Source: Euglena gracilis (lineage: Eukaryota). Taken from it: DNA of 64,000 nucleotides. The notes beneath the pieces are model-generated. The model searched no databases and had not been told where the DNA came from. It saw nothing but the letters and a program-made list of their open reading frames with translations. A program made the position numbers and the translations under genes. Shown here one piece after another: positions 1 through 12,043 of this stretch. The stretch lies in NCBI GenBank assembly GCA_039621445.1, contig CP154954.1, positions 27,454,123 through 27,518,122 on the forward strand, read 5' to 3'. Within the stretch, counting starts at the first letter, position 1. Every line of letters starts with the position of its first letter.

Positions 1-1923
1 ATCCTACCCAGGACCTTTGTCGGCTGAATAACTCGGGCCTGGATGGGAGTTCGGTGTCAAACAATTTGGAAAGCTGGGATCCAGTTGCTTGCGATTGAAA
101 ATTTTTTTCTGGGAATGGGTTCGGGATCATGGTGATAATTCGCCGTTCTCATGACCAACCTGTGGGGGGGTCCCCCTTTTCCCGGTGTTAAGCTTCACCG
201 TTAAGCAACACTGAAGAGATAAGAGGTCAGCGATAAACACCCCCCAGGGATGTATGGGAAGCCTGTCGGTTTGAGGTTGGAGTAGGGGTCTTGACCCCTA
301 CTAGATGTTGGGTGGGGGTGTCCGGACCCACCCCATCCTTGGCAGGTTCTAAAAATGGCTAAATTTTAGCTTCCGGCGCTGTTGTGCTGGGAAGTCCTCT
401 TCCTCATTTTAATCATGTTGCACACTCAGTCATATTGCACATTTCTGGATATTGTAGTGTTTTCCACATTAAAAAAAAAAGCCAAAAATTCAAAATGAGC
501 ATTTTCGGATTTTTTTTTCAAAGAAGGATCAGGATTTCCCAACAATTTTGGTCTGGTATCCGGTACCCTTTGACCATCCACAGACCAAAAATTTTCCTGC
601 CCCTTACCGTTTCGAGGTCGGGGGCTCGAAAATCCCTCTGTGAGTCATTGTCTGGTGCATGTGCGTCACAGTCCATAGATGTGCGTCACTGTCCGGTGGA
701 GGTGTGTCACCGTTCGGTGGTTGTGCATCATTGTCGGGTGGGTGTGCATCACAATCCGGTTTGATGTGTTGGGAGGGGGAGTCCGGACCGTTCCTTAAAA
801 TGTGACCTCCCCCCCCCCCCGCTGGGTGTTGCTGATTGTTGTTTTTTTTCCAGACCCCCCCTTCTGGCAGTGTGGGCAGCTTGGAATTCCTGAAAATGGT
901 CACCCGGCGCTGGAAAATTTTTGGGATTTTGGCCAAAATCCCTTGATTTTAGGCCATTTTGGCTATGTGGCCAAAGTGGCCGACGCCCCCCCCCCCCCGG
1001 GTGGAAGTGGGTGACTGGTTTTTGAAAACGGCAAGCTACCCTCTCCCCCGGGGGGGGGGGGGGGGGTGGGTAAGCAATGGTATGGTCTTGACCTCAGGAC
1101 TTCCCAAACATCCCTGCCCCCCCCCCAAGTACTAATTTCGGCTGCCCAATAATAAACTATCCCTTCCACACTGTGGAAAAAGGCACAGAAAAAGGAATAA
1201 AAATCATCAAAAGCATTGCAAAAATGACAAAAAAGGATGAATTAGTCAGAATAGTAGTCGGAATAGTAGTCGCAAAAGGGTGCCTGTTTGTGGGGGAAAA
1301 AAAAGACCCTAAGTTGCAAAAAGGGGCACAGGTGCCCTGTTGATTCTTTTGTCAATTTTTGATTTTTGAACATTTTGCAAATACATGACAGGGCAAAGCG
1401 TTTTTTGGGTTTTTTTGATTTTAGGAAAATTTATATTTCTGCATTTTTGTTGTGTTTTGTGTTTTTTTTATCGTTTTTTTCTTTTGTCCCCTGGCAATTT
1501 TTTGTCTCTTTTGTCATTTTTGCATTTTTTTGTAAAAAAAAGAATTGCAGACTGACCGAATAGTAGCCCTGGGGGGCTTCTAACTGGGGAGGGGGGTTAA
1601 AGCCCTGGGGACCATCCATCACCCCACATCTCCAGGGCCAGCTGCGCGCCTGTGCCGTGCCACCGGCGCAACACAAAACCTGGTAGTCTGGGGGTTTTAT
1701 CACTTGGGGGGTATTTGGGGGAGGGAGGGGTTATTCATCTCATTAAAACGGACCATTTCATAAAATGGGCCACTGCAAAATTTTGTGCTGTTTCCTTCGT
1801 CTGGGAACATTTGGGCCATTTTTTGACTGCACTTTCGTCCGAACCAACATTATTCAAACCCGCACTGTGGAGTTGGAACAGACGTAGTCCCTTGCATTTC
1901 TGCTCCAGGGAAGGACGGCACAC

Positions 1924-4287
1924 CCCAACTGGCTTGCCGGACGGCGGGATGGCCCCGTCCCGCGCCTGGATGTCGGCCGCCGGCACCGCCTCGGCCAGCA
2001 TGTCCACCTTGGGGGCCGCCGCCTTGCCCGCACTGCCGGACCGCACGGCGTCGACCGCCGACCCGATGCGAACAACGCAGGCCGCTTGTGCGCACCTCCC
2101 TGGGGCTCGAAACCTGCGAAGCGCAACTGCAACTTGCAATTCATTCACCCCCCCTGCCCCCCAGCTTCTCGTGTGAATTTGATTTAATTTAGAGTTCTCC
2201 AGATGGAGGTTGGAAAATGGAAGGCGATGTGTTGAAGAACATGAACCAGAGAGGGGAGACATGGATGAATGGAAAAAAAAACGTTTTGTGTAGCAGAGGA
2301 AAGGGAAAGATAGAAAAAGGTTGGGTGAGAATGTGGTCCAGAGCAAAAAAGGAGTGTTGTTTGAAGCCGGCGGCAGTTGTCACAGCCACAAGAGGCCTGG
2401 CCAGCGGTCTGCTCGTTGAAGATCACGGAGGTGGGCAGCTGGATACCGAACGTTTTGTTCAGCTCCATCGTGGTCCGGATGGCCGCCAGGGAGTGGCCGC
2501 CGACATTGAAGAAGTTGTCCTCCGGGCCTGTGGAGGCGATGAGGGCCGTTTTGGGCCGCCAGGTTGCCATACCATGCCAGTGTGCAGCCAATGAGCATCA
2601 GAGCCGACACGGAGGGCCATCCACCTGCCTGGCAACGCATCCACAGGAGGGGGGGGAGCGATGATGGATGAACAGGGATGAATCATGAATGAATGGAGGA
2701 CGGAGGAGAGAAGGGGGGGGAGCGATGAACTGCGGGTGATGATGCACTCATTTCACAGGATATGTCAAAGTGACTTGTGTTGTGCCAGGTTTTGCATGCA
2801 TTGCTTGAGGTCGTTTGGACACATTTGCCGGCCCATGCCCATGCGCTCACACCAACTGCATTGGTGTGCAGGGCAGCCCGGATCACTTCCAGCACCTTCA
2901 GCTGGGTGGGAGTGAGGTGGTCCAGGCTGGCCGTGTTCTCTGGAAGGTCCGCATCCACACTGTCCAGCGGAGGCAATGCCTGAGAGAGGGGAACAGCATG
3001 CATGAGGTAACACAGCGTTGAAATTGTCTCCTTCATTCCCGGGTCAGCAACTATAAAGAATAAACGGTTCAGGCAATTAACTTCTTTTGCTGTATAAGGA
3101 TGCAATTTCACCCAAAACGTCAAAAAAGGCGTTTTTTCAACCTTTTATTTTCGACCCTGTTCGTGCCCCAATGCGCCCCTTGGACGGCCCTTTGGCCTGA
3201 GGGCTGTCCTTGAGGGGTGGCCCTTTATGGGGAAAAAAACCAAAATCCGTTGTGAACCGCCCAAATCTGAGTTTGGACTAGGATTTGGGAAGTGCGTGTT
3301 CTGTTTGCGCCCTCCAGCTGTGAACAAGGAAAGCCAAGCACGACCTTGTGGTTAATCTTTCCATTCGGGGTCAGCGGCATCTTCTGCAGCAGAATCACCG
3401 CCTTGGGCACCATGTAAGAGGGCACCTTGGTCTTCAGGAACTCCCACACAGGATTCGATGTGAGAGCGGGAGAGGGGTATCAGTCCGGGTCCCACCCTCG
3501 ACCACAGGAGGGGGGGCATCCTCCCCACCTCAAGCCGGGACACCCCCCGGCATCGAACCCTGCTCCCGCAGCTCACCCGGCAGCGTGGCCACTTGGGCGG
3601 CCGCTGCTGCCGTGGGCACGACGTAGCACACAATTTGTTTCTCGCCGGCGCGGTCCAACGCCTCCGGCAGCCAACTCTCATGTTCAAGCACTGCCGGTGC
3701 CTCTGCAAGCATTGTGGCCGATTTCCCCAACTTAGAAAGCAACCCAATCAGAGTTAAACCAAGACACCCCGGTTGTTAGAAGAGCCCAGTGAATGCCAAA
3801 GTTAATCTGAGGGTCAGCACACAGAGAACTGGCTGGCCACACGGGTGACGCTCTCCTTCACGGCCGGGTGGGAGCTCAGCTTGGCGTTGATCTCCCCCAG
3901 TTCGATGCGGAAGCCCCGGATCTTGATCTGGTCGTCGGCCCGGCCGACGCACTCCACGTCGCCGCTGGGGAGGTAGTGGCCCAGGTCTCCCGTGCGGTAC
4001 CAGCGGTCCCAGGCCACAGAGGGTTAATGGGCAAGGGTTGCCTGGGTGATTAACAAATAAAAAGTCTTTATGGTGTGTCTGCATGCGTGTGGGCGTGCGA
4101 GTGAGTGAGAAAGTGCACGTGAATGCGGGTGGGTGAATGTGCATGTGTGTTTGTGTGTTTGCGTGTGTGCGTGCGTGCACGTGTGTGTATTGTGTAGATA
4201 GGTGTGCGCGCGCATGCATTTTGTGTGGGTGTGGTGTGGTGTGGTGTGGTGTGGTGTGGTGTGGTGTGGTGTGGTGTGGTGTGGTGT

Positions 4288-4325
<38 letters not shown>

Positions 4326-7300
4326 TTTGCATCCGTCACATTGCGGTCACGATTGTGGTCTGTGGTCACGAGTGTGTGCAGGCGGACAGTTGCGTTCCAG
4401 GCCTCCTTGGGTGGAAGGGGTTGGGAATGAACTTGGCCGCCGTGTCCTCTGGCAAACCAAGGTAGCCCTTGGAGAGATGCGGGCTGCGCACATAGATCTC
4501 TGCCGCCTCCCCCAAGCCCGCCTGGAGGCCAGCTTTGTTCAGCAGAATCAGCCCCACGTCCTTCTGGCGCATGGCACGGCCCCCAGACGAGAAATGTCGC
4601 CGATCGAAATCCGCATGAAACGTTTGGATGTTGTTCCGGGGGGATTCTGAAAATAAAGCAACTACTGCCGGTGAAGATCAAGCTTCAGAACAGCAGGTCA
4701 ACCAGCTCGAAACAGGACAAGACTTTTTTTGGAGGAAATGGTCCAGTTGGTTGGGTGTTTTGAGGAACTCAATGGAAACATGCCAAATTGAGAAACCCTA
4801 TTCCAAAATAATTAAAAACGAAATCGAAACGAACAAACAAAAAGTTCATTCAGAAGATATTTTATTTCAAAAAAAGGGGGAAATATTTGTATAAAAAAAA
4901 CAAGCACATAGCGCAGCATTTGGGCTTTCAGTGCAAGAAATTGATGATTCTACAGCTGCTAGAAAGACCCAAAAGAGAGCACTAACGCAGAGATGAATTG
5001 ACAAAATTTTCTCCAAAATGTTTCCAACTGCAATTTCTCTGGGCGAGCCTCTGCTTCAAATCCATTGCATCACCCACAAATGGGCCCTGCCCACCCACCT
5101 TGGCCTGAGGCCAGCCGTCATTTGCCGCCCCATGTGCATGCCCCGGCCGCAGGGAATGATCTCCTTCAGCTTGGCCAGCTGGGCAGCATCCCGGGGCACC
5201 TCGTAGTACCCTACCGACCGCTGGGTCTCCGTGGTGCCGAACATGTTCACCACCTGAGAGGCCGGTGGCCCGCACATGTCTGTTGACGGCAATCCAGATA
5301 ACAACCGGGCAGGACAGCTGGGGCGCCCCGCACACCTTGACGTTGGGCGCCAGCTTGTGCAACAGCAGCACGTCCCGCTTGATGAGGACGTCGCCCACGA
5401 AGAGGCACACTTTGAGGGACGGGATCGTGAAGGTGGGATCCTGGAAGGAAAGACACGGACGCTGAGAACGTCGCCAGGACGTGGCATTCACAACTGACTT
5501 TCAGGGAGCAACCGCCGCACCATCGACATTCAAAAATCACCTTCCAAATAAATGCTTACCTCGCAGTCAGGATTCGATGTACAGCAGGGAAATTGAATGG
5601 TGGGACGGTCCAGGGAAACTAAATAGTGGAACACCCCCAAAAAATGCTAATCCCCCGGAGACCATCCAGGGATTTGTGCTTATCCTTTTTGGGAGGTCAA
5701 ATTCTTATCCGTAGTTATCCGTAGTTATCCGTAGTTATCCGTAGTTATCCGTAGTTATCCTTATTTGCTAAAATACCCTTCCTGACAGGGGATATCCATC
5801 TAGAAATGGCTGCAATTGAAAAGATGAAGAGAGTTGATCATCATAAACCTCAGGAATGCCTAAAATTTGTGAAATATGACAATCTAAACAGAAAACGACA
5901 AGCATCCAAGGGCAGATGGAAACAACACTGTCCGGTGTGGGTTTTTTTAAAATCTTTCATCCACCGTTCTTCACAATCACCGTTGCAGAACATGCCACCG
6001 GCTGCCTGCCGGAGGTGAGACGACATCCTCTGTCGGCTTTTAACATCAATGACGCCGGCCAAACTGAAAGCAGCCCATCTCTTTATAGGATGTACGCTGC
6101 CAAATGAAAAATTGTAGCGAAAAAAAAGCTGAAGAAAAGGGCTGCTTGAAAGACCGTTCAATCACTGCACTAGAGACAGGAAAATAGACATGAAAAACAG
6201 TCTCAGAAAGGGCGGGCTCACGTTGAGCCCAGAAAGGCCGAATGTCTCGTCAAAAATTTTGCTTATCCATAGTTATCCGTAGTTATCCGTAGTTATCCTT
6301 ATTCAGACTTTTGGGCTCATCCGTAGTTATCCGTAGTTATCCGTTTTTATCCGTATTTGGGGGTTTCAGGCTTATCCGTAGTTATCCGTAGTTATCCGTA
6401 GTTATCCATTTCAGGATAAGCACAAATCCCTGGACCATCTGCGAGTTGCAAAGGCTTTTCAAATTGTTGCAATATCAGGAGGCTTCAATGTGCGGCATGT
6501 ATAAAGTGCACCCAGTACCATCCAACGGATGGCCTAGGGCCGTGGGGGGTCTGTCAGTAACGGGTGGGACCACCATGAGCGTCGAGCACAGCAGCAAGGC
6601 GGCTGGGCATCGACGTGTATAAAACTCGAGTTTGTTCGGGAGAAATGTCAGCAAAAGCACGCTGCAGAGCTGCCCAAATTTCGTTTCGGTTAGGGAAAAC
6701 ACATCCTTCGAGCTTTGCAAGCAGAAACACCCACAGGTGTTCGATCGGGTTGAGGTCCGGGCTCATTCTGTGTTGCAAACAGGCCTCGTTTCTTCACCTT
6801 GCATGGGGGGAGGGGGCAGGGTGTTCAATCCACCTCTTATCTGGGAGAGATGCATCTGCCCCAGCCCATCATCAGATCATTTCCCCCCATTTGCTAAGCC
6901 TGTGCCTCACACTTCACAAGGGGAACGTTTGCGCAGAACCTCATGCTGGAGATTCCAACAAGATGGTGCACCGGCCCACCGAGCAAGAAGCACGGCGTCC
7001 TGGCTGCGGGACAATGGAGTGAAGATGCTGGATAACGGGTCCTGTGCAGGCATCTGCTTGGAGTTAGTGGATCTCATCAGTTTGCCAGGCGTAGGCGTGG
7101 GGAGGTCTCCGGGGTCCACTGTGAATGATGCATTTTCCAAGCTCTCATCGAAACCGTTCCCCTTGTGAAGTGTGAGGCACAGGCTTAGCAAATGGGGGGA
7201 AATGATGGGCTGGGGCAGATGCATCTCTCCCAGATGAGAGGTGGATTGAACACCCCATGCAAGGTGAAGAAACGAGGCCTGTTTGCAACACAGAATGAGC

Positions 7301-10300
7301 CCGGACCTCAACCCGATCGAACACCTGTGGGTGTTTCTGCTTGCAAAGCTCGAAGGATGTGTTTTCCCTAACCGAAACGAAATTTGGGCAGCTCTGCAGC
7401 GTGCTTTTGCTGACATTTCTCCCGAACAAACTCGAGTTTTATACACGTCGATGCCCAGCCGCCTTGCTGCTGTGCTCGACGCTCATGGTGGTCCCACCCG
7501 TTACTGACAGACCCCCCACGGCCCTAGGCCATCCGTTGGATGGTACTGGGTACACCTTATACATGCCGCACATTGAAGCCTCCTGATATTGCAACAATTT
7601 GAAAAGCCTTTGCAACTCGCAGATGGTCTCCGGGGGATTAGCATTTTTGGGGGGTGTTCCACTATTTAGTTTCCCTGGACCGTCCCACCACTTAATTTCC
7701 CTGCTGTAAGGGATGGTGGGGTCGGACCCCAATGGTGGGAGGGGGGGATTGGACCGTGCTACTGTTTAGGTGGGGAGTGACATCCCCCTCCCACACCTGA
7801 ACTGCAGCGTGGTCCAGGTGACTAATTTTCGGCCCGGCGCTTTGTGCCAGGCCGAAAAATTTTCGACGCCAAAGCGGCCAAAACTGCATTTTTGGAACTT
7901 TTTGGGGCAAAAATTGTCAAAAATGCAAAAAAAAAAATGGCTCGCAGCAACGGAAAGAAAATTTTGATCTTTTGGGGGGTCCCCCAGGGGTCGGTCAGGA
8001 CTCCCCTGGCAGGTGGGAGGGATGGTCCGGATCCCCCCCCCAGTCCAGGAGGCGGGGGGGACACCCCCCAACTAAACCCCGTGCACCCTCCTTGTATTGA
8101 ACCCTGGTACGAAGTGTCATCTCAAATTTTTATTATCCGGGTTTTTGAAACCTCCGATATCGAGGCTGTACTGGGGTACAATCTGAAAACCACGAAAAAG
8201 CCACTGCCCTGTGGACTGAGGGTGGGACCTTCCCCAGGAACCCACAAAAATATTTTCCGGGCTTCGTGCCCGTTTCAAGCCCCCCCAGAATCCCAGCGCT
8301 TCACGCCGCAATTTTTTTTTTGGCACGGGGGTGGATGCACGTCTGTGTGCTGGCGTGCGTGCATGTGTGCAGGTGGGTTGGTGGTTGTGGGTCCAGGGTT
8401 TTCAGGTGAAATTCAAATAAGACACCTGGTGGGATTTGGGGTGGTTAGGACTCTCCCCTTGGGGGGGTCTGACCCACCAGGAGGTGAACAAGCATATGAA
8501 CCTGCATGTTCTAGCATGTGTAGGCGCGTCGCACACATGCATCCCCTCCAGGTGGCAGGTGCTATGGGTGGATGGCATTGCTCAAATAAGGGAAGGATGG
8601 ACCGCAATATGAAGGGGGGGGGGGGTGGGACCCACCCCATCTGACCACTTTGCAAACCAGGTGGCACAGCCACAAATGAAGGATTCACCCTAAAATCGAT
8701 GCTCTGGAAGAAAAAAAATGGCAGGGAGGTGCAACACGCTGACAGTGCGCTGCAGAGAACTGCAAAAGAACTGCAGAAAGAAACTGCAAAAAAGAAACGC
8801 ATAGAAAAAGAACTTTAAATTTCTGCTGTGCCTAGAGAAATTCGATTTTTTTCAAAAAAACTTTCATGAAAGAAAAAGGATGCAAAAACCTTGGCCTGAC
8901 ATTTTCAAATTTTTGCTTTTGAAAAAAGAAAAAAAATTGTTTTAAAAAAACTCCAATTCAAAAAATCCATTCCAAATCCAAAAATCCACACCAAAAAAAA
9001 CTGCAAGAAACTGCTCAGAACACATTTCCCCCCTCTGCGTGCGCATGTGCAGCTGCCCATTTTTTGGATCGTCCAATTTTTGTTTTGATGTTTCATGTCC
9101 TGCTTGGCCCAAAGGGGTGGGGGAGGCAGCGGGTTTCTTCCCCACCGGCCTAAAGAGTTTATTGCCTCTGATACGAACATGGCTGAGTGGGAATTCCAGC
9201 AACTCTATTGCCTCTGATACGAACATGGCTGAGTGGGAATTCCAGCAACTCTTGGCTTGCAGGTGACCTGTCCATCCACCCCCAGCTCCCTTTTTGCTTT
9301 CAGCAAGCACACACGTTCACACACTCACGCACACCCACCCACACAAACATCCACCCACACCATACAATTGCTTACCGACCCCCCGGGGGGGGGGGGAGGG
9401 GGGTCACTCCACTTTTTTAAAAACCAGTCAGTCACTCATTTTCAAAAAACCAGCCAGTCACTACCCCCCCAGGGGGGGGAGGTCGGCCACTCAGAAAAAT
9501 GGCCACTTTCCAGTCACTTTAGGTCATTTTAGGCCCAAAAAAATTTTCCGGCGCCTTCGGCGCCGGGGTCACTCAAGCCACTTTTGCCCACTCCTGGCCG
9601 CCCCCCCCCGCCCCCCCCCCGGGGGGGGGGGGGGGGGGGGCCCGGGCCAAAAAACAGCAAGTCACCCCGGGGGGGGGGGTCGGTCAGTGCTTAAGCAATT
9701 GCCTGACCCACACGCACCCACCCACCTACCCACACACCTCAACCGTGATCAAGATCTGGCCCATTGCAGGAGTGCAGCAGGATTGTGTGATTTGGTTGTC
9801 GTACATCCATCTGGCCAACTGCCCCGGGGTGGTGATGGTATCCTGTGTTTCCAGCAGTGGATGACCTTCACCCACCATTGAAAGAAGGACAAACAAACAA
9901 CAAAGAATACACGGGATATGGGTGGTGAAATGTTGCGTAAAAAGAATCCATGGGGAATTGTTCTGAAATCACAGATCGAAAAAAAGCGGGGGGAAAAAAA
10001 AGATGTAGAAAACGAGTTACGAAATTATGCCGAGAAAATCAAAGATTAAACCCAACACTTTACAACAGGGCATGCTCTGCTTGGAATGCAGATGGTAGCT
10101 CCAAGGAAAAGTGGGGTGAAGATATCTCGCTGCAGAGGGTCATGGGCAATTCCACTGCACATAGCAAAGCGGTCAGATTCTCCCGCTGGCAAGCAGCTGT
10201 GGACAGTTGCAACACCAGCAGAGGCAAGGGTGAAGGGCAGAAAGGTCACATTTGCTAATACAGGAAAACAATCCTATCAGTGAAAAAATCCTGTCCCAAT

Positions 10301-11994
10301 GACGGTTGCATCCTGACTCCTGGCAACCAGAGGTGCTTGGGCATGCCAAACCGCTGAGACATCCAGGGATAGAAAGCGGTGAGAGGGCTGTGCTTGCAAG
10401 ACACCTAAAGAGCAGGGGAATGATTGCACCCCCAGACGAGGTTCATCACTACAAGCCTTTGGCAAATAACAATAATTCAACTGTTCCCCTGCTGTCTCCA
10501 TTATTCCCCACCATGGTTCCCTACTATGCTCCCCCATTATGCTCCCCCATTATCACATCGCCACAAACCCAGGCTCATTTTAAAAAACCTGGGGGAGGGG
10601 GGTCCCCCACACCCACTCGGCCCGGCGCGGGACCCCCACGGGGACCCTCCCAAAATCAACCCTTCTAAGGGGACTTCCCAAAAAAAAATTGGCGAAAACC
10701 CATACATGAGCCTCCGACCCAGGGGTTTTCTTAAGCTGGAGGGTACCCCATCCCCCGGGGGGGGGGGGGGTCCAGCCAGCCAGCAGCTCAAATCCAGCCA
10801 GCAGCCCAAATTCGGGCTGCGAGCCCCCCTCCCCCCCCCCAGGGGGTCAACTGAAATAAAGTTGGGTCCAGCCCGGCCGGAGGCCAGGCCAGCTGGCCGA
10901 AGGCCGAGCTAGCCGGCCACAGGCTGGCCAGCCAACTGGGCTGCCCAGCTCACCTATCCCTGCCTTTTTTCCCCTCATCACACCTTCTTCCATCACAGCC
11001 CCCCAGCATTGATCCAGCTTTATCCATATGTGTTATCCATCACAATGTCGAACAGGCAAAAAAAATGTAGAAAATTTTGTTTTTCATCGACCCAGCCCAG
11101 AGGGGGGTCCCGGGTTGGAGCAGGGGTTTTCTTAAGGACCCCCGGGGGGTCCAGACTCCGGCTGGAAAAAAGGCTGCTGGCTGGAAATGAGCTGCTGGCT
11201 GGACCCCCCCCCCCGGGGGGTAGGGGGGGGGGGGGGGGGGCCCGGGGCTGGAGGGTCTGGCACCGCCAGGACGTAGGCTGGGGGGGGGGGGTCCCGTTGG
11301 GTCGACCGACTGACTCGGTCAGCCCAACAGAGGGTAGGTAAGGGTCGACCGACCCAAAACCAACAACTGCAGTATTACTCGCCAAATATGCGTGAATGAG
11401 CAACACAATCCATACATACATAAAGGGGATATTTCTTATAAAAACACGAGTCCGAAAGTAGAGTAAATCTGCATTCACACAAACTTGTGCTCCGCAACAT
11501 TGCAGTGTTGGGTAGACCGACATAGGTTGGTAGACCCAACATAACCCCCCCCCCACTTAGTTGCACTAAGGCTTCTTGTCTGTTTATGGCCGGCGCCAAC
11601 TTCGCTTCTGGCCCAGTTTGCTGCGTGGTGAGTGGCCAGGGACCCCTTACACCAGTCCTCTTTTGTTGCTCCCCCTGGCCGGGTGAGTAACTCTGGTGTA
11701 ATTCAGCGCTGTGCGCCCAACATAACCCCCCCCCCGGCCTACATCGTTGAGCCCACCGCCAGGGGGGGGGGGGGGTCATCTGAGTTAAAAAGAAGCCTGC
11801 GCACATCAATGCTGAATTTCAATTGCGAAAAAAAGGCATCCACAGAGAAGCAGCAGACCACGGAGGTGGCAGGCCCTTTTATTTACCAACCAGCGGTGAT
11901 GCCCTTGAATAGATAAATGCCCAGGTGGGCAGGGGTTGGTGGCTCCCGCAATGAGCTGGGGTTGGCCCTGCCTGAACCGTTAGGCACACGGAAA

Positions 11995-12043
<49 letters not shown>

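Larger units (their letters stand above)
5568..8106 (+). mobile_element. Older copy of CAGGGTTCGAT MITE family, split by a Tc1-like insertion
   Basis: Starts CAGGATTCGATGTA and ends CCTTGTATTGAACCCTG; interior 7709-8106 is collinear with the 19795 copy; TSD not clean. Confidence 0.75.

Noticed and set aside
288-1092. GTCTTGAC direct repeat as TSD of an 800-bp element
   Set aside because: Only the right end has the family TIR; the left end does not match.
1-1923. LYS2 reductase-domain exon
   Set aside because: No TGxTGFLG-like motif was found; the region is repeat-derived intron sequence.
5705-6410. TTATCCGTAG arrays resembling DnaA boxes or telomeric repeats
   Set aside because: They are subterminal repeats inside a TSD-flanked TIR element.
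10185-10249. In-frame ORF extension [12 protein letters not shown] before ESDRF
   Set aside because: It lies inside intron 12, whose removal gives the conserved spacing.
11885-11912. Apparent LYS2 mini-exon IQGHHRWL after the A3 motif
   Set aside because: Exon 10404-10343 ([15 protein letters not shown]) joins via a clean GT-AG intron and fits the Lys2 spacing, so no extra exon is needed.
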